Shown here: one piece after another, positions 55,671-64,000 of the stretch | Layout of the letters: each line of letters opens with the position of its first letter | Numbering within the stretch: the first letter of the stretch is position 1 | DNA from: an uncultured Clostridia bacterium | GTDB taxonomy: Bacteria; Bacillota; Clostridia; Oscillospirales; Ruminococcaceae | NCBI GenBank assembly: GCA_945876755.1 | Contig: CAMCPM010000004.1 | Location: forward strand, 10,960 to 74,959 | Direction of reading: 5' to 3' | DNA: 64,000 nt | Made by a program: the position numbers and the translations under genes | Notes under the pieces: model-generated | What the model was told of the DNA's origin: nothing | The model's database searches: none | The model's input: the letters and a program-made list of their open reading frames with translations, nothing else

Positions 55671-56417
55671 ATGTCAAAAATTATTGCGATCACCTCCGGT
55701 AAGGGAGGCACAGGCAAATCCACTATATGCTCTGAACTTGGCTTCGCTTTGGCAAAACAGGGCCACAGAACGCTTATCATTGAACTGGATTTCGGTCTCA
55801 GATGCCTTGATATCATGCTCGGCGTTAAGGACGATATTAAATATGACCTGGGCTCCGTCCTCAAGGGCGAATGCGATATCTATAAGGCTACCACTCAGGT
55901 AAAGCTGGCAACCAACCTTAGCATCGTGTGCGCTCCGGAGGATCCGTTTGCAAAGGTTGACGCTGAGACTATTTCAAATATCTGCAACGAAATGCGCAAG
56001 TATTATGAATACATAATCGTTGACACCTCTGCCGGTACCAACGAGAGCGTTTTTGACGTTGTTGAGCAGTCTGACCTTATCCTTATCAATACAACTCCCG
56101 ACCCGATATGCGTTCGTGACGCAAGACTCATGTCAGACGAGTTCTATAAGAGAGGCAACAAAAAACAGCGCCTTATCATAAATAAGGTCGATCCGGATAT
56201 CTTTAAGGCTGATATAATCCCCGATCTGGATGCTATCATTGATACTGTCGGCGTTCAGCTTATCGGAGTTATCCCCAGCGACAACGACGTTGTTATCTCT
56301 ACAGGCAAGGGTATTCCTCTTCCTTCTAATTCTATGGCGTTTAAAGCGTTTGACGCTATTTCAAAGAGAATCAAGGGCGAGGATATTCCTCTCAGCTTTA
56401 AGGTTCTTCTTCAGTAA
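55671..56417 (+). CDS. minD: MinD-type septum-site ATPase (ParA/MinD family); no adjacent minC or minE
   Basis: 248 aa. Deviant Walker A SGKGGTGKST, GLRCLDIMLG, IIVDTSAG and LIINKV follow the MinD pattern. Confidence 0.75.
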   Translation: MSKIIAITSGKGGTGKSTICSELGFALAKQGHRTLIIELDFGLRCLDIMLGVKDDIKYDLGSVLKGECDIYKATTQVKLATNLSIVCAPEDPFAKVDAETISNICNEMRKYYEYIIVDTSAGTNESVFDVVEQSDLILINTTPDPICVRDARLMSDEFYKRGNKKQRLIINKVDPDIFKADIIPDLDAIIDTVGVQLIGVIPSDNDVVISTGKGIPLPSNSMAFKAFDAISKRIKGEDIPLSFKVLLQ

Positions 56418-56479
56418 TTCCGTTTTCGGAACTATGCCGAGAGACAGCAGCATAATTTTTACGAGAGGAATGAAAAATA

Positions 56480-56881
56480 ATGAATATAGCTTTAATTGCG
56501 CACGATTCCAAAAAAGAGCTTCTGGTACAGTTCTGTATAGCTTATTGCGGCATTCTTTCAAGGCACAATCTTTGTGCTACCGGAACAACGGGAAAGATGG
56601 TCGCACAGGCTACCGGTCTGAACATACAGCGTTATCTCAGCGGTTCTCAGGGCGGCGACCAGCAGATAAGTGCGCGTATATCATGCAATGAAATCGACTT
56701 GCTCCTCTTTTTCAGAGACCCGCTTTCTCCAAAGCCCCATGAGCCAAATGAAATGAATCTGCTCAGACTTTGCGATGTTCACAACATACCCGTTGCTACA
56801 AATATCGCTACTGCCGAGGCGCTTATCCATGCGCTTGAAAGAGGCGACCTTGACTGGCGTCAGATCGTCAATCCGGCATAA
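56480..56881 (+). CDS. mgsA: Methylglyoxal synthase
   Basis: 133 aa. [12 protein letters not shown]..., ATGTTG, GGDQQI and PHEPD-like (PHEPN) motifs. Confidence 0.92.
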   Translation: MNIALIAHDSKKELLVQFCIAYCGILSRHNLCATGTTGKMVAQATGLNIQRYLSGSQGGDQQISARISCNEIDLLLFFRDPLSPKPHEPNEMNLLRLCDVHNIPVATNIATAEALIHALERGDLDWRQIVNPA

Positions 56882-56920
56882 GCTTTATAAAACCAACGTA
56901 AAGAATATTTATTTGCAAAC

Positions 56921-56963
56921 AAAAGACTGCATAGAAAAATCTGTGCAGTCTTTTACTGTTTTT
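56921..56963 (+). terminator. Intrinsic terminator after mgsA
   Basis: Stem AAAAGACTGCA / TGCAGTCTTTT, followed by ACTGTTTTTG. Confidence 0.75.
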
Positions 56964-57005
56964 GTCTGTTTTCTTTGGCTTTTGCAGGTTTTTTTCAGTT
57001 TTGTA

Positions 57006-57034
57006 TTGAAATAAGCAAAAAAATATGGTATACT
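57006..57034 (+). promoter_or_regulatory. Sigma-A promoter of asp23-DAK2 operon
   Basis: TTGAAA (57006-57011), 17-bp spacer, extended -10 TGgTATACT (57026-57034). Confidence 0.55.
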
Positions 57035-57114
57035 AATTTGTATATGTATTGATTTAACATTTTTTAAATCATTGCATAATTATTTCATAAAATTAATTCG
57101 AGGAGCTGAACGAT

Positions 57115-57468
57115 ATGCTGTCTGTTGAAAACCATCTCGGTACAATTGATATTTCAAAGGAATATCTTTTATCACTGATAGGATATACCACTTCAACCTG
57201 CTTCGGCGTAGCGGGACTCAATACCGCAGAAAATAAGCGCGGACTTGCGTCTGTTTTCAAAAAAGCCGATATCGGTACGAAAAAATGCGTCAAGCTCAGC
57301 GTTCGTGACGGAAAGCTTTTTATAGGACTTCACATCACGGTCGTTTTTGGTGTTAATATATCGACGGTTGTGGACAGTCTCGTTCATAAGATACGTTATA
57401 CAATTGAGGAAAAAACAGGTTTCGAGGTCGGCAGAATCACGGTTTATGTTGACGGAATGAAAGCATAA
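57115..57468 (+). CDS. Asp23/Gls24-family envelope stress protein
   Basis: 117 aa. Asp23 pattern (GTIDISKEYLLSLIGYTTSTCFGVAGL ... VYVDGM). Confidence 0.85.
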   Translation: MLSVENHLGTIDISKEYLLSLIGYTTSTCFGVAGLNTAENKRGLASVFKKADIGTKKCVKLSVRDGKLFIGLHITVVFGVNISTVVDSLVHKIRYTIEEKTGFEVGRITVYVDGMKA

Positions 57469-57486
57469 GTTAGCGAGGTTAGTAAA

Positions 57487-59130
57487 GTGATAACAGGAAA
57501 AATTTTAAGGGACGCATTTATTTCCGGAGCAGTTACTATTGCAAATAAAAAACGGGAAGTCGATCAGCTTAACGTTTATCCCGTTCCCGACGGCGATACG
57601 GGTACAAATATGTCTATGACCATGGGCAACGCTTTGCGTGAGCTTCAGTTTATGGACGATAACGCTTCCGTTTCACAGGTTGCGGAAACTGCCGCGGCTG
57701 CACTTCTCAGAGGTGCAAGAGGAAACTCGGGAGTTATACTTTCCCTGCTGTTCAGGGGATTTGCACGGGGATTTCAGGGAAAAATCACCGCCGACTGCGA
57801 TGACTTCTGCCATGCTCTTGAACTTGGTGTTGAGGGCGCATACAAGGCGGTCATGACGCCTACTGAGGGTACTATCCTTACCGTTGCGAGACTTGCTTCA
57901 GAAAAGGCAAAGGCTTCGGCTAAGTCTACAAACGATGTAGTTGCCCTTTGGAGCGATGTTTGTATTGAGGCTAAGTCTGCGCTTGACGATACCCCGAACC
58001 TGCTGCCGGTACTGAAAAAAGCAGGCGTTGTTGACGCAGGCGGTATGGGATTGCTTGTTATTTGGAGCGCTATGCTGGACGTATTCAAGGGCGGCGAGCC
58101 TGCAAAGCCTGCCGAAGCTCCCAAGGCAGAAGCACCATCGGTTGATATCAGTACGACGGTCGGTGATTTTGACGAGGAGATCACCCACACATACTGTACT
58201 GAGTTTATTGTCCGCAAGGCTCCCGACTGCAATGACGCTGCACGTCTGAGAGCATTCCTTGAAACGATAGGCGACTGTGTTGTTGCCGTTGAGGATGACG
58301 ATATTATCAAAGTCCACGTTCATACCGAGCACCCGGGACAGGCTATTGAAGAGGGTCTGCTTTTCGGTTCGCTTATCAACCTTAAAATCGACAATATGCG
58401 ATACCAGCATGAAAATAAAGCCAAAGAGGCAGCTGCCGCAAAGAAGCAGAAATTTACTCCGGCAGAACCGGAAAAGCAGTTCGGATTTGTTGCCGTTGCA
58501 AGCGGCGCAGGAATTGAGGAGATGTTCCGCAATCTGGGTGCAGACTGCATTGTCCGGGGCGGTCAGACTATGAATCCGTCTACAGATGATATTTTGCAGG
58601 CTATTATGGCTGTTCCTGCCGAGACTGTTTTCGTTCTGCCCAATAATAAAAACATCATTATGGCTGCCGAGCAGGCTGTTAAGCTTGCAGACAGACGGGT
58701 TTGTGTACTCCAGTCACGAACTATTCCGCAGGGAATAACTGCTATGATGAATTTCGACCCCGATGCTGATTTTGATACAAACCGCCTGAATATGACAAAG
58801 AGTCTTGACAGCGTTTCAACGGGTCTTGTTACATTTGCCGCCCGTGACAGCGATTTTGAGGGACACAGCATAAAGCAGGGCGAGATACTTGCTCTTGACA
58901 ACGGAAAGCTTTCCTTTACCGAAAAGGAAGTTTCAAAGGCTGCCTACAAGCTTACTAAGCGTCTTGCAGACGGTGGGACTTCCTTTATTACGCTTATTTA
59001 CGGCGCAGATGTTTCCGACGAAAAGGCAAATGAGCTTTGCGAGCAGGTCAAAAACAAGTTCGGAAATGCCGAGGTCATGCTCATCAACGGAGGGCAGCCC
59101 GTATACTACTATATCATTTCCGTTGAGTAA
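57487..59130 (+). CDS. DAK2 domain-containing protein (YloV type)
   Basis: 547 aa, GTG start. N-terminal Dak2 (NVYPVPDGDTGTNM) and C-terminal DhaL/DegV-like half. Conserved pairing with asp23. Confidence 0.88.
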   Translation: MITGKILRDAFISGAVTIANKKREVDQLNVYPVPDGDTGTNMSMTMGNALRELQFMDDNASVSQVAETAAAALLRGARGNSGVILSLLFRGFARGFQGKITADCDDFCHALELGVEGAYKAVMTPTEGTILTVARLASEKAKASAKSTNDVVALWSDVCIEAKSALDDTPNLLPVLKKAGVVDAGGMGLLVIWSAMLDVFKGGEPAKPAEAPKAEAPSVDISTTVGDFDEEITHTYCTEFIVRKAPDCNDAARLRAFLETIGDCVVAVEDDDIIKVHVHTEHPGQAIEEGLLFGSLINLKIDNMRYQHENKAKEAAAAKKQKFTPAEPEKQFGFVAVASGAGIEEMFRNLGADCIVRGGQTMNPSTDDILQAIMAVPAETVFVLPNNKNIIMAAEQAVKLADRRVCVLQSRTIPQGITAMMNFDPDADFDTNRLNMTKSLDSVSTGLVTFAARDSDFEGHSIKQGEILALDNGKLSFTEKEVSKAAYKLTKRLADGGTSFITLIYGADVSDEKANELCEQVKNKFGNAEVMLINGGQPVYYYIISVE

Positions 59131-59165
59131 AATCTATTTAATATTATACTGAAAGTAAAAGATAT

Positions 59166-59825
59166 ATGAAAAAAATAAATATTGTTACAGGGCATTATGG
59201 CAGCGGGAAAACTAACTTTTCCGCAAATCTCGCCGTAAAGCTTGCAGAAAGCGGCGAAAAAGTCACGGTTGTTGACCTTGATATTGTTAACCCGTATTTC
59301 CGTTCCGCAGATTTCGGAGAGCTTTTCTCCGAGAAAAATATTGAGCTTGTTGCGCCTATGTACGCAAACTCAAATCTTGATATTCCTGCAATTTCCTTTG
59401 ATCTGGAACGCATTGCCACCGACAGCGGCTATCTTGTGGTCGACGTTGGCGGAGACGATTCGGGAGCGCTTGCTCTCGGGCGTTATGCAGAGGCGTTCTC
59501 GAAATTTTCCGATAAAATCGATATGTTCTACGTTGTGAACTGCCGCAGATTTCTTACCCGTACCGCCGAAGAGGCGCTTGAGCTTATGTATGAGATAGAA
59601 GCGGCGGCAAATATGAAGCATACCGCTGTTGTAAACAACACTAATTTGCTTTATGAAACCACAAAAGAGGTTCTGGAGGAGTCTGTCAGCTTTGCAGAGG
59701 AAATTTCCGGAAAGGCAGGGCTTCCTTTGGCGTACACCTGCGTACCGTTAAAAATCGAAGCGGATGTGCCTAATCCGTTCCCTGTGGAGATATATGTTAA
59801 GAAAATTTGGGAAATGACAGATTGA
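59166..59825 (+). CDS. SIMIBI-class P-loop NTPase of unknown role (MinD/CooC-like fold)
   Basis: 219 aa. Walker A GHYGSGKT and VVDLD; Walker B-like YLVVDVGGDD. Confidence 0.55.
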   Translation: MKKINIVTGHYGSGKTNFSANLAVKLAESGEKVTVVDLDIVNPYFRSADFGELFSEKNIELVAPMYANSNLDIPAISFDLERIATDSGYLVVDVGGDDSGALALGRYAEAFSKFSDKIDMFYVVNCRRFLTRTAEEALELMYEIEAAANMKHTAVVNNTNLLYETTKEVLEESVSFAEEISGKAGLPLAYTCVPLKIEADVPNPFPVEIYVKKIWEMTD

Positions 59826-59879
59826 TTTGATTGCAAATTGTATATTATAAGTACATTTATACCGAAAGGAGATTTATAT

Positions 59880-60086
59880 ATGGCTAAAATTACGGTCAAT
59901 TTTGAAAAGTGCAAGGGCTGCGCTCTCTGTACGACTGCTTGTCCTAAGAAAATCGTTGAGCTTCAGAAGGAAAAGCGTAACCGAAAGGGTTACTTCACCG
60001 CTGTCTGCATAGACGATTCCCAGTGCATAGGCTGTGCAATGTGTGCAACAATGTGTCCCGACTGTGCTATTATTGTTGAAAAGTAA
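59880..60086 (+). CDS. 2x[4Fe-4S] ferredoxin, delta subunit of 2-oxoacid:ferredoxin oxidoreductase
   Basis: ATG 59880 follows GAAAGGAG. Two CxxCxxCxxxCP motifs (CKGCALCTTACP, CIGCAMCATMCP). Confidence 0.85.
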   Translation: MAKITVNFEKCKGCALCTTACPKKIVELQKEKRNRKGYFTAVCIDDSQCIGCAMCATMCPDCAIIVEK

Positions 60087-60107
60087 AACAGGTAAATTAA
60101 GTAAGGA

Positions 60108-61178
60108 GTGACTATTTTGGAACGTAATCTTATGAAGGGCAACGAGGCTCTTGCCGAGGCTGCCATCCGTGCAGGCTGCAAGTGCTTTTTCGGTTACCCC
60201 ATCACACCTCAGACTGAAATTTCCGCATACCTGGCAAAGCGCTTCAAGCAGGCAGGCGGCGTATTCCTTCAGGCTGAGTCTGAAATCGCAGCTATCAATA
60301 TGGTTCTTGGCGCAGCTTCAACAGGCGTGCGCGCAATGACATCATCTTCTTCTCCCGGAATTTCTCTTAAATCTGAGGGTATTTCCTACATAGCAGGTTC
60401 AGACTTGCCCTGCGTTATCATTAACGTTCAGAGAGGCGGCCCCGGTCTGGGAGGCATTCAGCCTTCTCAGGCGGACTACTGGCAGGCAACAAAGGCTCTT
60501 GGTCACGGCGACTTCCAGCTTCTTGTGTTTGCGCCTAATTCAGTTCAGGAAATGGTTGATACAGTTACAAAGGCTTTTGACCTTGCCGATGAGTACCGTA
60601 TGCCAGCAATGATACTTGCCGACGGCCTTCTCGGTCAGATGATGGAGCCTGTTACATTCCCCGAAATTTCCGCAAAGCCGGTTGAAAAGCCCTGGGCTGC
60701 AAACGGTCACGGAAACAAGAGAGAACACAATATCATCAATTCACTTTACCTCCAGCCCGATGTTCTTGAAAAGTCCGTAAAGGACAGATTCGAGCGTTAC
60801 GCCGAGATCAAGGAAAAGCACGCCGAAGCTGAGCTTTACATGACAGAGGACGCAGAGGTTGTTGTTACCGCTTACGGTGCGACTGCCCGTGTTGCAAAGT
60901 CTGCTGTAAATATGGCAAGAGAGCAGGGAATCAAGGCAGGACTTATCAGACCGATCACACTCTGGCCGTTCCCGGTTAAGCAGATGAACGAGGGTTCAAA
61001 GAATGCTCATACTCTTATCTGTGTTGAAATGTCAATGGGTCAGATGATAGACGATGTAAAGCTTGCCATCAATTGCTCAAAGCCCGTTGAATTCTTCGGA
61101 AGAACAGGCGGCGTTATCCCCAAGCCTTCCGAAATTCTTGAGCAAATCAAAAAGTACGCAAAAGGAGGTAATCAGTAA
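60108..61178 (+). CDS. 2-oxoacid:ferredoxin oxidoreductase alpha subunit (Kor/Vor type)
   Basis: 356 aa. MKGNEALAEAAIRAGC.FFGYPITPQTEI is typical of the alpha subunit. The start is ambiguous: GTG 60108, TTG 60117 or ATG 60132. Confidence 0.88.
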   Translation: MTILERNLMKGNEALAEAAIRAGCKCFFGYPITPQTEISAYLAKRFKQAGGVFLQAESEIAAINMVLGAASTGVRAMTSSSSPGISLKSEGISYIAGSDLPCVIINVQRGGPGLGGIQPSQADYWQATKALGHGDFQLLVFAPNSVQEMVDTVTKAFDLADEYRMPAMILADGLLGQMMEPVTFPEISAKPVEKPWAANGHGNKREHNIINSLYLQPDVLEKSVKDRFERYAEIKEKHAEAELYMTEDAEVVVTAYGATARVAKSAVNMAREQGIKAGLIRPITLWPFPVKQMNEGSKNAHTLICVEMSMGQMIDDVKLAINCSKPVEFFGRTGGVIPKPSEILEQIKKYAKGGNQ

Positions 61179-61939
61179 TGGCAGTTGTATTTGAAAGACC
61201 AAAGTCATTTGCGGATATTCCTCTGCATTACTGCCCCGGCTGTACACACGGTATTATTCACCGTCTTGTATGCGAGGTTATAGATGAAATGGGTATCGAG
61301 GGTGACACTATCGGAGTATGCCCCGTAGGCTGCTCAGTTATGGCTTACGACTACTTTACCTGTGATATGATAGAAGCTGCTCACGGACGTGCTCCCGCAG
61401 TTGCAACAGGCGTTAAGAGAACAAATCCAGACAAGTATGTATTTACTTATCAGGGCGACGGCGACCTTGCAGCTATCGGTACTGCCGAGACTGTTCACGC
61501 TGCTACAAGAGGCGAAAATATCGTTGTTATTTTCGTGAACAACACCACATACGGCATGACAGGCGGACAGATGGCTCCTACCACTCTTCCCGGTCAGGTA
61601 ACACAGACGACCCCTTACGGACGTGATCCCAAGCTTATGGGCTATCCGGTAAGAGTCTGCGAAATGCTTGCTACACTTACAGGTACGGCTCTTGCACAGA
61701 GAGTTGCTGTAAACTCTGTTCCTCACATAAGAGAAGCTAAAAAGGCTATCCGCAAGGCGTTTGAAAATCAGCGTGACAAGAAGGGCTTTTCTATCGTAGA
61801 AGTGCTTTCAACTTGTCCTACAAACTGGGGTATGTCTCCTGTTGACGCACTTAAGAGACTTGAGGACGAAATGATACCTTACTATCCTCTTGGCGTATTC
61901 AAGGACGCTAATGCATTTCCTGAAAAGGAGGGTGAATAA
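61178..61939 (+). CDS. 2-oxoacid:ferredoxin oxidoreductase beta subunit (TPP-binding)
   Basis: 253 aa. YCPGCTHG and GDGD...NN..YGMTGGQ TPP motif. ATGA overlap with the alpha subunit stop. Confidence 0.9.
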   Translation: MAVVFERPKSFADIPLHYCPGCTHGIIHRLVCEVIDEMGIEGDTIGVCPVGCSVMAYDYFTCDMIEAAHGRAPAVATGVKRTNPDKYVFTYQGDGDLAAIGTAETVHAATRGENIVVIFVNNTTYGMTGGQMAPTTLPGQVTQTTPYGRDPKLMGYPVRVCEMLATLTGTALAQRVAVNSVPHIREAKKAIRKAFENQRDKKGFSIVEVLSTCPTNWGMSPVDALKRLEDEMIPYYPLGVFKDANAFPEKEGE

Positions 61940-61941
61940 TT

Positions 61942-62478
61942 ATGACACATGATATTCTCCTCGCAGGCTTCGGCGGACAGGGTATTCTTTTCGCAGGAAA
62001 GATACTCGCTTATTCGGGTCTTATGGACGAAAAGGAAGTTTCATGGCTTCCGTCATACGGTCCCGAAATGCGCGGCGGTACCTGTAACTGCTCGGTATGT
62101 ATTTCCGACGACCCTATTGGTTCTCCGCTGGTGCTTGAACCGTCAATTCTGATAGCAATGAATACTCCGTCACTTGAGAAGTTTGTTAACAGCGTTAAGC
62201 CCGACGGCGTAATAATTGTTGACAGCACAATGGTTGACATCAAGGTGGAGCGTACGGACGTTAAAACATTTTATGTTCCGGCAACTCAGCTTGCATCTGA
62301 TAACGGTCTCCCCGGAGGTGCAAACATTATTCTTCTTGGAAAGCTTTTCAAGGAAACAGGCATTGTTTCTGCCGAAACATTCAAAAAGGCAATTGAAAAG
62401 GTTGTTCCTGCAAAGAAAGCTTCTCTTGCGGCAAACAACCTCAAGGCTGTACAGATAGGTATGGATTTCAACGGATAA
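61942..62478 (+). CDS. 2-oxoacid:ferredoxin oxidoreductase gamma subunit
   Basis: 178 aa. AGFGGQGILFAGK and YGPEMRGG motifs. Confidence 0.9.
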   Translation: MTHDILLAGFGGQGILFAGKILAYSGLMDEKEVSWLPSYGPEMRGGTCNCSVCISDDPIGSPLVLEPSILIAMNTPSLEKFVNSVKPDGVIIVDSTMVDIKVERTDVKTFYVPATQLASDNGLPGGANIILLGKLFKETGIVSAETFKKAIEKVVPAKKASLAANNLKAVQIGMDFNG

Positions 62479-62518
62479 AAAATCAGCACGGCGTCAGATT
62501 TGAACGCCGTGCTTTTTT
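62477..62518. terminator. Bidirectional terminator between the oxidoreductase operon and the GH43 gene
   Basis: Perfect 10-bp stem AGCACGGCGT (62485-62494) / ACGCCGTGCT (62504-62513). Flanked by AAAAAAT and TTTTTTG. Confidence 0.88.
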
Positions 62519-62525
62519 GTTGTCA

Positions 62526-64000
62526 TCAGTCGGTAAATCCCAGTTCCATAAGAGAAACCATGCCGCTGCCTTTATAGGTAAGGAACAGCGAATGTACTCC
62601 GTCGGATACATCAATCTTGCAGGAAATCTTAGTCCATGAATCGGAGGGAGAAATATCTGCTTTGCCCAGGATTTTTCCTGTTTCATCCGTTATCTCAAAT
62701 ACGCCGCAGCCGTCTCCTCTTACGGTTAGAGTAAGCTCCTTTGCGCCGTCAAAATTAAAGTATTTGTAACCGATTAGCGTTCCGTCTGCAATCTCGGCGA
62801 TAAATCGTCCGCTTTCATCATGATTTACGTTGGGAAAGCTGTCGGTGTAAATTTTGTTTGAACCGTGGGGCATTCTGCCGTTTGTGATGTTGCAGGCAAT
62901 GACCGCAGGATATGTTCCCTTTGCGGCAAGCGCTCCGCCGTTAAGTCCGCAGGAGGTAATAGGGACCTGCTTGATGCTGCCGTCCGACTCAATTTTGATT
63001 TTCTCGGCGCAAGCCTGCCTGCTGTAATCCGACTTATGTGTAAGTCTGTGGTAGAAAACATACCATTCCCCTTTGATATTTTCAATGCTTCCGTGAGTCG
63101 TACCTGTCATATTGAGCCTGTCCGAATCGGTTCTGCCGTTATATCCAACATCGCCGTTTGATACGATAGTGCCGCCGAACTTAAAGTCCTTGTCTGGATA
63201 ATCACTGACTGCATAGCAAAGCTCGTGATTTTTCTGGGAGGAATATATAAAATAATATTTATCTCCGACCTTGCGCATTGAACTTGCTTCAAAAAACGGA
63301 TGCTGCTCAAAGTCTGTCCCCTTTACTTTGTATGGAATAATGTGTACAGGCTCACTTGTGACGGTAAGCATATCATCGCCCACTGTAACCATACTGGGTC
63401 CCATAACACTTTCGGGAGTACCGAGAATTTCCTCACGGGTCTTGTTGAACATATTTATTTCTGAAGAAATAAGCTCTTCGCTGTTTCTGAAATCGTCACG
63501 TTCCTCAAAGTCGTATTGAGTGCCGTAATAAATGCGTATAGTGCCGTTATCATTGATAACGCCAGGGTCGAAGCAGACATATTTTTTCATGGGCGTACCA
63601 TCGGGATAGCGGACATATCCGATATATTCATATTTACCTGCCGGAGTATCGCAGACAGCAACGCTTATAGGTCCGAAATAGCCTCCAACGCCGTATTCTC
63701 CCGACATACAGTAGTATAAATAATACTTGCCGTCATTGCCTTTTACAACATCGGGAGCATACATGAACTTTCTGTTTGAATAGTCCGGATCTTGTTCTGC
63801 ACGGTAAATAACGCCTTCGCAGCGCCAATCGGTCAGGTCATCAACAGAAGCGGAATATACTGTGTAATCCAGCATACAGAAGGTCTCGCCGCCCTCCTTG
63901 TCGTGAGAGCCGTAGAGATAAACTCTGCCGTCAAAAACGTGGGGCTCGCCATCGGGGATACACTCATTAAGCGGAAGAAATGGATTGAATACCTGCTTTT
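62526..64000 (-). CDS. Glycoside hydrolase family 43 enzyme with C-terminal CBM6-like module, 5' end cut by window edge
   Basis: The reading frame stays open from the listed ATG (63875) to the window end, adding KQVFNPFLPLNECIPDGEPHVFDGRVYLYGSHDKEGGETFC. That is the typical GH43 N-terminus, so the internal ATG is not the start. Confidence 0.85.
   Translation of the reverse strand, partial: KQVFNPFLPLNECIPDGEPHVFDGRVYLYGSHDKEGGETFCMLDYTVYSASVDDLTDWRCEGVIYRAEQDPDYSNRKFMYAPDVVKGNDGKYYLYYCMSGEYGVGGYFGPISVAVCDTPAGKYEYIGYVRYPDGTPMKKYVCFDPGVINDNGTIRIYYGTQYDFEERDDFRNSEELISSEINMFNKTREEILGTPESVMGPSMVTVGDDMLTVTSEPVHIIPYKVKGTDFEQHPFFEASSMRKVGDKYYFIYSSQKNHELCYAVSDYPDKDFKFGGTIVSNGDVGYNGRTDSDRLNMTGTTHGSIENIKGEWYVFYHRLTHKSDYSRQACAEKIKIESDGSIKQVPITSCGLNGGALAAKGTYPAVIACNITNGRMPHGSNKIYTDSFPNVNHDESGRFIAEIADGTLIGYKYFNFDGAKELTLTVRGDGCGVFEITDETGKILGKADISPSDSWTKISCKIDVSDGVHSLFLTYKGSGMVSLMELGFTD

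Overview
This window looks like core chromosome of a low-to-moderate GC Firmicute. I guess Clostridia, of the Ruminococcaceae/Oscillospiraceae type, from gene content and order, two T-box leaders, PASTA-bearing PBPs and an Asp23-DAK2 pair; no search was possible. Content, left to right:
- AIM24-like gene (5' cut), fabV/ter-like enoyl reductase, pepV, a frameshifted conserved gene, and an HD hydrolase.
- A long dcw cluster: mraZ-rsmH-ftsL-pbp-murE::murF-mraY-ftsW-murG-murA-ftsQ-ftsZ.
- A hypothetical membrane protein, valS, a CarD-like regulator, feoB, tRNA-Pro(CGG) and an EamA transporter.
- pheST with a Phe T-box, an acpS-like gene plus nnr, a lipoprotein, an M23/LysM/G5 peptidase, an RluA-family synthase, a histidine phosphatase and an XRE regulator.
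- A second T-box driving an unknown membrane protein plus hisS-aspS, then asnS, a radical SAM protein and an aldose epimerase.
- A 576-bp non-coding gap holding a candidate sRNA, then zapA, a U32 protein, a DUF4321-like protein, mreBCD-mrdA, an orphan minD, mgsA, asp23 and a DAK2 protein.
- A P-loop ATPase, a four-subunit 2-oxoacid:ferredoxin oxidoreductase, and a GH43 glycosidase (5' cut).

I saw no CRISPR array, transposase, integrase, phage genes or recognisable defence system, so this is mostly an ordinary housekeeping region. The points most worth a second look:
1. A self-contained, promoter-to-terminator candidate sRNA whose three hairpin loops all read UUA(A)CCCC.
2. A shared TGT(G/T)GAAAA / TTTTCCACA word family clustered in two regulatory regions ahead of division genes.
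3. An in-frame MurE-MurF fusion.
4. An AcpS homologue in which both metal-ligand acidic residues are replaced.
5. A homopolymer frameshift splitting a conserved gene.
6. A T-box operon whose first gene is an unknown membrane protein.

All calls come from reading the sequence and the ORF track. Family assignments are from memory of conserved motifs, not from searches.
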